Source: Tubiluchus corallicola (Eukaryota > Animalia > Priapulida). From it: a stretch of 55,790 nucleotides of DNA. Shown in pieces: positions 46,551 to 55,790 of this stretch; position 1 is the stretch's first letter, and every line of letters starts with the position of its first letter. The translations under genes and the position numbers were made by a program. The DNA lies in the NCBI GenBank assembly GCA_030141605.1, contig JAQGDQ010000086.1, positions 1-55,790 on the forward strand, given 5' to 3'. The notes beneath the pieces were generated by a model. It was not told the DNA's origin. It was given only the letters and a program-made list of their open reading frames with translations, and ran no database searches.

Positions 46551-49500
46551 TCAAAATGGCAGATCGCACATCAAGCTCCGTCAGTCAAAGCAGAATTCCT
46601 TCTAATATATTTTTATCACGATTCCCATGATCATGATTCCCATTGTGAAATAAAATGCCATAAGCTTTTTTCGAAAAAAATGTTATCTTCAACATGGTTC
46701 ATCTTTAAATCAAAAATCTAAAAAGTCGATATGGAGTTTGTTCTAATGTATTCGTATAAAGTTTTATGACAGTCCGTTACAGCTATATATATCAGGCTTT
46801 TTTTCTAGAGGTCGTCCACCCAACAAGAATAACAACATCTTGAAAAGTTGAGAGTTGGGTCGAGTCCCTCTTCCCTCCACCAAAAAAACTAGCAACAGAT
46901 AGGTCAGACAACTTAGTTATAAAGAGCTGCATGTGCCCAAAAACATATTCTGGCTGTAACTGTTACTTTCGTGAGCCGGCCCAACTTTTGCAAACACCAG
47001 AACATTCAACCATTCAACTGCCTATGTGCATTTTACAACCGTTGATGTTCTTGGCCGGGCGATAGACCACGTCTGGGGTTCACGGAAGAGGACGGCCGAC
47101 TATAACTGATATAATGTGCATATAAACTTTATGCAAGGAAACCATTAAGTCAAGTTACATAGTGCCTTAGCTTTTTAATAACTTCCCACATTTTCGGAAT
47201 TTGAACTTAAATTTTATTATATATTCTGTTTACATTGAGACGTTGCAGTATCTTCATCTGAATATAAAGGGTCTTTTTTAATTTGAATAAGAACAGCAAT
47301 GATAGGAAACGGCACAGAAATAGTGAAAGTGAGGTAAGGGGATGCCAGGTTAGCGTGGCTTCGACTGGGGATGCCATGTATAGTCAATGCTGTAGACCAA
47401 TCAGAAAACGCCAACATGTAAGCTTAAGGAAATCTTTTTTTTCTATTAAATTTGGGTAAAAAATGATGGTACTGTTGCATTCGCAAGTAAGGTACAATAC
47501 TGTCTTGCAGGTAATAGGCTAATTTTCAAGCCTAACAACCTGTGCAAAGGCACAAGGCGTAATGTGAGGAGTAACACTTACTGCTCACTACAAAATAAGC
47601 CTATATCCGTTTTCTTGTAACAGCCTGAAAATGGCGTATATTATTTTGAAATGTCGTGGAATGATCTCGCAACAAAGTTGTTTGTAGCCCTATATGAAAT
47701 GAGAGTTTAACGTTCAAATCAGTTTTATATTAGTAACCACTATAATAGGCGAAAATTATTTATATCGTAACCACATAGCACAGACACAATTAAGTCAGCT
47801 TGCAACTCGAGCATATAAAGATTGTGTTAATCAATCTTTTGGTGCTGTGTTACCTGCGGTTTTCATTCATTTAACACAGATGTAATTATACATCTCGGCG
47901 TGGCTCCAGCTCAATCAGTTTCAGACTCCCACTGCTTTTTGTTCATTGTGCGATTAACTAGAAAACAACGAACCTGTTACTTCCATTCACTAAATCAAAC
48001 CACTCCGTGGGGCTTCATCGTTTTTTGAGCGGGTTTCACCCGGCGAACAGAAATAACAATATTAATTTAAGACCTTTGAAATAGCGGGCCGCCTGCCTTT
48101 TAATTATCGAGTCAACGAGTCGGCGCCAGCTTTGATCTCTTTGTTCGCTGTACCGTCACACGCAGCCGCCCGGGTGCCGATAAAAGCGCCGGTAACACAT
48201 GAAACCCGTGTCGGCTGATCCTGACGTAATTGCACTTACAGGAAAGAGCCAGAGGGAGAATTGCGCGCTGAAATAGTATCTCTTTCATGTGTGGATAATG
48301 CAGCAGGAGAAGCCGCATGGATCTGGACAGGTATTGGATGCAACAGACTGAGTGCAAACCTGAGCAGAATAGGCGTGGCTTACCCCGCTTTACTTCATAC
48401 TCCTGTGCTTCAACATCTGATTTAATTTTTTACAGGGTGAGCTACAAATGCGAGGCTAATAGCTTGCGATTAGTTTGCGTGTTTTCAACAATCTCCGTGG
48501 CTTTAAAAGTTGAACTATGGTCTAACATATTTTAGATTTGAAACTAGAAGAACTGCACGCAGGTTTCTGACGCTGACATCTCTAGCTTGTGTTTTCATAT
48601 TTGGTAGAAAACACACCAACATGACTGATTTTATTACAGCCGGTATTACTAGCCAGTGGCAAAAATTGTCAACCATTTCTAGATGCTGTTTTGTGCAGAT
48701 TTCATTAGAACAAACAAAGTATCAGTCGTTGATTTTTGACATTTTAACATGATGCCAAAATTTTTAATGGTTGTCTTTACTTACCACTATCCTCTTGTTT
48801 ATTTACTGTCCTTTTTTATTTTGCTTTTTTACGATGACTCTTGTTGTCCTCTGTGTATTTACCTTTATACTGTGTTGCCTTTGTCTTTTTGATCTATAGA
48901 GTTTTCGTTATCCTTTTTACTTTTGCTTTATTTTCTGAATGTGCAGTTATTCTGCATCCCAACTTTCCTATGTCCAAACGTTCTGTGCCTGAACATTCTT
49001 TACCTAAACCTTCCGGTTGAAGTGATACCACCTCGAAAATTTCGAACCGGAAAGTAATACTACATCGACTATCCTTATGCCCAAACTTCCTCACGCCAAA
49101 AAAGACAGTGTCCTAAGCGACTAGCATGCTGTTGGTATTGGTTGATGAACTACTGATGGAAACATCAGCAGCCAGCCTAATTAACTAGCTTCCACGAAGC
49201 TAATTAAGCCTTGCATGCTATGGTTTAGCATAAAGAAAAAAACGGATGTTCACATAAATCTTAATTCAGTCATATTTTGTAGCTTTCCGTGCATTAATTT
49301 CCAAGCTTGCTGGTTCAGAAAATTCCCATATAATTAGCTTACGTCGTAGGATCTCTTCTACTTCCGTCGGAAACAGCGACCCAGCGCAAAAAGAGTTGTT
49401 TAGATAATTAGGCCAATGTTCTGTCCCTTCGCCTCATTAGAGTGACATGTCTAATGATGTAAGTACAGACATCAAACATTTAGAAGATCTCTACCTCTAC

Positions 49501-49649
49501 TCCAGCAATTACAGGGGCAAAAACTACAAAGGACAAATGGAAGCAAAATTTCAGACTGTATAGGCATGACAGGAGTTTTCTTTGAATTAAATGACTATAT
49601 ATAATTAGCAGATAAAAAACAACCAACCAAGCACACAAACTGTATTGAA

Positions 49650-49790
49650 GGGTAACTTCCTTGGCATAGGTAAAAATAACTAAAATAGTAACGCTAGCAC
49701 TAAACCTATATTTTACTCAGTGTGCTATATTTACTACTTTTTCATTTGCGCCACTTTCTCCTGTGCCATTTCTCGGCGCCATATTTAGCT
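49650..49790 (-). repeat. Inverted partial copy of 43440-43600 (minisatellite arm plus HINE 5' end)
   Basis: Reverse complement reads aaatggcacagga..aaagtag..gcacact.agtaaaat..tttag..tatttttacc..tgccaaggaagt. Confidence 0.75.
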
Positions 49791-49880
49791 ACATTCAGCC
49801 TGTACGAATGTAATAACCGTTACTGTTTTCAGCAAGATAGATAACTTTCATTTTTATTCTAATTATTAACATAGTGTTTC

Positions 49881-50235
49881 TGAATTTTAGCATAGAAGCC
49901 CTTTGCAAAAAATATAGTCTTCCAAGCTTATAATAGTGAGGTCCTACAGGGTAAGTGGTAAGAGCTACTGTTAATGCATTATAATATTATAGTAACCAAA
50001 ATGGAGCAAAGAGAATTTTGTGATAACTACCGTTTTTCATTCCACAAGTGAACATAATGTTTATGAATTTTAACATAGAAGCCCTTTGCAAAAAATAAAA
50101 TCTTCCAAGCTTATAATAGTGAGGTCCCGCAGGATAAGTGGCAATAGCTATTGTTAATGCATTATAATATTATAGTAACCAAAATGGAGCAGAGAGAATT
50201 TTGTGATAACTACCGTTTTTCATTCCACAAGTGAA
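49881..50235. repeat. Tandem duplication, 2 x ~183 bp
   Basis: tgaatttta.catagaagccctttgcaaaaaata ... cattccacaagtgaa present twice. Confidence 0.95.
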
Positions 50236-50719
50236 ACTAACTAACTTATAGGATTAATAAACAATTAACAGCTTTGAGGAACATTCTAAATTACTTTGAG
50301 GAACATTCTTAAATTAGGTTGCCTAGGCCCCGCGTAAAAGAACGTTTGACGCTGGCCTTTCAGTAATGTGCAGAGCTTCTAACCGTAGCTGTGGGCATAA
50401 AGAATTCTTAATCATGAATATTTCATAAACTGCTTCTCATGCTAAGATATAGGGTGACTTGATTTCTACCTAGTGCTTACAAGAAAGAGGAACTGTACAT
50501 GATAGCCACAATTGCAAAAGTGTCTCGGTAATTCGATTAACTGACAGGTGTAATCTGGAAAATCCGTCTGTTTCGAAACTGGGAGGAGACTTGTACTTCA
50601 TTTATACAATTTAGCAGTAAGGAAAGTGTTTAGGAACCACTTTTGCCGCGTGAAAATTTCTTGTCCTTGCCACAGCCATACTCTTATATTAATATTCTTG
50701 GTATCTTAATTTATATATA

Positions 50720-51245
50720 TATAAGATTCGAGGCTACAGCCCGGACGAGGGCACCATTTGCGGCGATCTATACATCAAACGAAAGGTCTCCATCTAGTGT
50801 CGTGCCATTGATGGTTTATTTTTCGAATCGGGCCCACCGGAAGGAGGGGGAGGCGAAAAACCTCCAAAAATGGCCATTTTTCGGCCGTTTTTTGCAAAAG
50901 TTATACGGCTGAGATGTAGAGAACGGGAACGGGCCGAGGGGGTGCTGGGTATGGATAGATAGCCCGTTCAGCGGTGGGTGTCATAGGCCTATTTTGAATT
51001 CGCGAGAGGGCCACGGTGTCCCGCAACGGGCGTTTTCCCGGACCCAACTCGCGATTTTTTCGAAATTTTGACCAAACAGCATGCGGGAAAAACGTTCTAG
51101 CGTCGCCCGGTGGGACTCTCGGAAGAAGATATGGGGCTCTTTACAAAGAGGAAGGACAGGGCTACACGATGATGTGGGCTATATGTTAGGACAGGTCCAC
51201 CGAGAGGAGTACTGGTGAGTTAATTAGATGTTCTATTTTTCGCAA
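50720..51245 (+). mobile_element. GC-rich interspersed repeat, probably a non-autonomous DNA element
   Basis: Starts after (TA)n; CpG-rich; atacatcaaacgaaaggtctc core; diverged relative at 14620-14935. Confidence 0.5.
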
Positions 51246-51624
51246 TTTTCGCTTAGAAAACTGCTGACGCAAAGGCATTGTTGTGACGTCATCCATTGTA
51301 TTCTGTCTATAATCTTATAGCTTTAATTCAGCAAAAAGCTGCTACAGGCTTTGCGTTAGTTAAACAAACTGTAGGCATGATGTTACAGGCTTTGCGTTAT
51401 GTGGACTAGGTAGGATGTTCGCGTATTATTGATTATACATGGTTTTTTATGCAAAATCTTTTGCGGGGCCTTTGCTATTTAATATATTATAGCACATAGT
51501 TTCAACTTTGTGAAAAATGTTTGGAATGGTTTTGTTGTAATGCTGTGCTGTTGGTGCTTGTGCTATAGGTGTCGTCATCATTGCCACCATCATCATCATC
51601 ATCATCAACATCATGATCACCACG

Positions 51625-52838
51625 TGATGTGGTGGATTTGATGTGGTGTGGTGTTGGTGTGCTTTGTGCATTGTGCTATGGATGGCGTGGTGGTGTGATA
51701 GGGTGTGTGGGGTGTGGTGTGGGTAGTGTGGTATGGAGTGGGTGGCGTGGTGTGTGGGTGGGTGTTGTGGTGCAGTGTGGTGTTATGGTGTGGTGCAGTG
51801 CGGTGTGATGTGGTGGAGTATTATGGTGTGGGTGGTGTGGTGGGTGTGTGGGTGGTGCGGTGTGCTGCAGTGGTATTGTGTGGTGCGGTGTGGTGTGATG
51901 TGATGTGGTGGAGTGGTATGGTGTGGGTGGTGTGGTGTGTAGGTGGGTGGGTGGTGTGGTGCAGTGTGGTGCGGTGCGGTGTGATGTGGTGGAATATTAT
52001 GGTGTGGGTGGTGTGGTGTGTGGGTGGTGCAGTGTGGTGTGATGTGGTGGAGTAGTATAGTGTGGGTGGTGTGGTGTGTAGGTGGTATGGTGTGGTGCCG
52101 TGCGGTGTGGTGGTATTGTGTGGTGCAGTGTGGTGCGATGAGGTGGAGTGGTATGGTGTGGTGCAGTGTGGTGTGATGTGGTGGAGTGGTATGGTGTGGG
52201 GGGCGTGGTGTGTAGGTGGTATGGTGTGGTGCGGTGCGGTGGTATTGTGTGGTGCAGTGTGGTGTTATGGTGTGGTGCAGTGCGGTGTGATGTGGTGGAG
52301 TATTATGGTGTGGGTGGTGTGTGGGTGGTGCGGTGTGGTGTGGTGCAGTGGTATGGTGTGGTGCAGTGTGGTGTGATGTGGTGGAGTCGTATGGTGTGGG
52401 TGGTGTGGTGTGGTGTGTGGGTGGTGCGGTGTGCTGCAGTGGTATGGTGTGGTGCGGTGTGGTGTGATGTGATGTGGTGGAGTGGTATGGTGTGGGTGGT
52501 GTGGTGTGGTGTGTAGGTGGGTGGGTGGTGTGGTGCAGTGTGGTGTGGTGCGTTGTGATGTGGTGGAGTATTATGGTGTGGGTGGTGTGGTGTGTGCGTG
52601 GTGCTATGGTATGGTGTGGTGCAGTGTGGTGTGATGTGGTGGAGTAGTATGGTGTGGGTGGTGTGGTGTGTAGGTGGTATGGTGTGGTGCTGTGAGGTAT
52701 GGTGGTATTGTGTGGTGCAGTGTGGTGCGATGAGGTGGAGTGGTATGGTGTGGTGCCATGCGGTGTGATGAGGTGGAGTGGTGTGGTGTGGGTTGTGTGT
52801 TGATTTGTGCACAAAATTCTTTTTGTGGGGTTTGGCTA
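51625..52838. repeat. Complex GTG/GTGTG-rich satellite ending in a unique ~45-bp terminus
   Basis: Recurring sub-units gtggtgcagtgtggtgtgatgtggtggagt and atggtgtgggtggtgtgg; terminus ..tgatttgtgcacaaaattctttttgtggggtttggcta. Confidence 0.95.
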
Positions 52839-53368
52839 TATCCAAACTGCACGCAAAAAAATTTTGCGCGTGAACTCACAACAATAACCTACACCACACA
52901 CCAACCCACAGCTCCACTCACAACACACTCCCCACGCCACACCGCAACACAAGACCACACAACCCCACCCATTCCAATGCGTTGTCTGGTGCACTTAACA
53001 TTTGACCTTTTCACGATCATCATCAATCGCTGGAACTGTGAAAAGGCTTATTTATATTTCGATGATGAGTAATTTATATTAATAGTAGCAGAATGCTATT
53101 AGGAGGTTTATGAAAGTGCATACTATAACAGTCTTGCGCATTCTTACTAAGACAATTTGCGAGGCACACCTCATATTACAAGGAAGCAGACTTCAAAAGT
53201 ATTAGACAAATCTATTTGTCACTATTTAATCTATACTTGAAATGCTATAAAACTTTAAACCAAATTCGAAAGCCATTTTCATTGCTAAAAAATATGGCAA
53301 TGTTTCAAAATTCACCTAGAGTCCTTATATCATGTGTGCATACAGAAACCGAGATCACATTACGCTCT

Positions 53369-53620
53369 TATGGAACGTCAATGTGGATTTTAACGCTTAT
53401 TTTTAATATTAATAAAACATTCATATCTGTATTAATAAATCAATTTTGAATGTTCATAAATCATTTTTAATATTAACAAATTAATTTTAAATGTATATAC
53501 ATGATTAACTAATATTAATAAATGCGTGGCGTTTTAATGTTCAAAAATGATTTGTTAAGTTTCACAACTGATTTATTAATATTCAAAAATAAGCAATAAA
53601 TTCCATTTTGACGTTCCATA
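53369..53620. mobile_element. Small AT-rich MITE
   Basis: Terminal inverted repeats tatggaacgtcaa / ttgacgttccata, with TA at both ends. Confidence 0.75.
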
Positions 53621-53994
53621 CGTTATTAAATAGGCAGAAATAATCAGCTCTTGTTATTACATTTAGCAGAAGCAACCCATCTTGCATCAGTAAAAAGCAA
53701 TGATGTTCTATATTCTACGTAGTACAGTCAACATCAACGTATACATGAACTACTCAAATAAAATTAATTAAAGTTGACAGATAAAACAAGGACGAAAACG
53801 AGACAAACAAAACCAAGATAATAGTATTTTATTTGAAAAAATATAACAGATAAAGGAGCTAAATGATGGGCATAATACAGGTTTCTTTCAGAAATATAAA
53901 ACAATCTCCAAATCATTGATTTCATTGTACAAAGTAGAACTTTTGTGTGTAGAGCATAGAAACATGTAAAAGAGATTGATGTACTTTCACCACC

Positions 53995-54402
53995 TTAGTA
54001 GCAATGTTTCACTCTCATAACTGCAAAGCCAAACAGCAACAGCGACAGTAGTGGCGCTGCTGATGGATTGGGTCCAGTTGCATCGGTCGCTGCACCAGTT
54101 TGCTTGAAATGGCACTTGGGCGACACGACTTCATGACTGTTGCAACATATTTTGTATATCGTCTTACCCCTTTTGAAGTGATTTTGTGCCAGAAAGATGG
54201 CGCACCTCTCACACAATTCTATCGCAATCGACCCCTTAAAAGTCTTTTTTGTACAACGTCCAATATCATCGTCTACCAAAGTGTATATATGGTAGGGGTC
54301 CTTAGGCTTCGGCTTCCGCAGCTCCGGCATCTTTAGACAGCCATCCGTAGTTGACAGTATCACCACAAGAAGGACAAAGGTGGCAAAACAGAATTTTACC
54401 AT
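53995..54402 (-). CDS. Small secreted Cys-rich protein, probably GPI-anchored
   Basis: 135 aa; Kozak aaaATGG; signal peptide 1-21 (TDG-C); C50-x13-C64-x2-C67-x18-C86C87-x9-C97; small-residue spacer then hydrophobic LLSLLLFGFAVM; acceptor TTCTACACAG ~10 nt upstream; AATAAA at ~53830. Confidence 0.8.
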   Translation of the reverse strand: MVKFCFATFVLLVVILSTTDGCLKMPELRKPKPKDPYHIYTLVDDDIGRCTKKTFKGSIAIELCERCAIFLAQNHFKRGKTIYKICCNSHEVVSPKCHFKQTGAATDATGPNPSAAPLLSLLLFGFAVMRVKHCY

Positions 54403-54516
54403 TTTCTGTTATCTGTGTAGAATATGATGAATTTAAACAAAAAGCAGTCAATATAATAGTTCGTTAACTTAATATGTAAAATAGCCGTAGGCAATAGCAT
54501 ATTCACGTAATCATAA

Positions 54517-54995
<479 letters not shown>

Positions 54996-55649
54996 CCCTC
55001 AGCCTCTGTGTCTTCCATCCGACGCCATGTTCGAATGTATAAACCTTCCCACTAGGAAATGAAAGGTCACAGTCAATACGGCGAATATAATCATGCCGGA
55101 CGAGGATCGAATCCATACGGTAACAGCCAATTCCCAGGAAGCATTCTCGGGAGACCCTCAGCGAGCCACTCTGATTCAAACTGTGTAACCACTAATAAGT
55201 TCAAACTGAAAAAAACATATATTTACTCTCTTCCCCCGGGTTTCGTTTAGACAGAAGGTGATCCTTTTTTCGCGTTCCGGTTACCCTTGATGTTCCTTTG
55301 AAAGCGATCTGTCCCTGTTCGTTGCAGCCTCTACGATACCACACTCCACAGCGCGGCATAGAAGACGGCTTGCCCTTTCCTGCACTATACGATGCTGTTG
55401 CTACGATACGCAGTTTTATGACGAAACAAACCATTACTTACAGATTTGCGCCACACGGCACTTCCTAAATTCTTACGTGGCATCACTGAATTTCACGTTT
55501 GGACATCGACATAAATACTTTCATTATTACAAAGAGTTCTATTTGAACTTTGCTTTGTCTGTGGTTTGTTAAAAATCCTTATTCTCCAAAAGCTTTGCAC
55601 TGGTGTTATAATCTATATATTAATTAATAAATATATTAATTAATTAATT

Positions 55650-55785
55650 TAGCCAAACCCCACAAAAAGAATTTTGTGCACAAATCAACACACAACCCAC
55701 ACCACACCTCTCCACCTCATCACACCACACTGCACCACACCATACCACTCCACCTCATCGCACCACACCATACCACCTACACACC
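55650..55785. repeat. Inverted copy of the satellite terminus at ~52720-52838
   Basis: tagccaaaccccacaaaaagaattttgtgcacaaatcaacacacaacccacaccacacc is the exact reverse complement of the left-hand terminus. Confidence 0.95.
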
Positions 55786-55790
55786 TGTCA

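Noticed and set aside
51625-52800. Telomeric or subtelomeric repeat
   Set aside because: No TTAGGG or TTAGG units, and unique gene-bearing sequence continues on both sides
51705-53072. His/Thr/Pro-rich 343-aa ORF and overlapping Val/Trp/Cys-rich ORFs
   Set aside because: Translations of the GTG satellite; open in several frames only because the repeat lacks stops

Overview
AT-rich eukaryotic genomic DNA, inferred to be from an invertebrate animal. The evidence is metazoan gene families, GT-AG splice signals, LINE/MITE debris and microsatellites. There are no bacterial operons, CRISPR arrays or recognisable rRNA/tRNA genes, and most of the short ORFs in the supplied track are spurious (TTG/GTG starts, antisense shadows, simple repeats). 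Five well-supported genes each have an uninterrupted CDS: a class A peptide-type GPCR (9668-11221, -), two tandem paralogues encoding secreted stand-alone VWA proteins (18453-19460 and 24746-25825, -), a divergent XK-related (XKR scramblase family) protein with a ~1070-aa low-complexity tail (36824-40987, +), and a small secreted Cys-rich, probably GPI-anchored protein (53995-54402, -). A sixth candidate (30550-30879, +) shares terminal motifs with the Cys-rich protein. Intergenic DNA holds a decayed RT-encoding LINE with a nested insertion, several LINE 3' ends, a probable Gypsy remnant, MITEs, a Helentron-type non-autonomous element, tandem duplications and a GTG-rich satellite element with inverted copies around the Cys-rich gene. 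All family calls are by-eye motif recognition; no searches were run.
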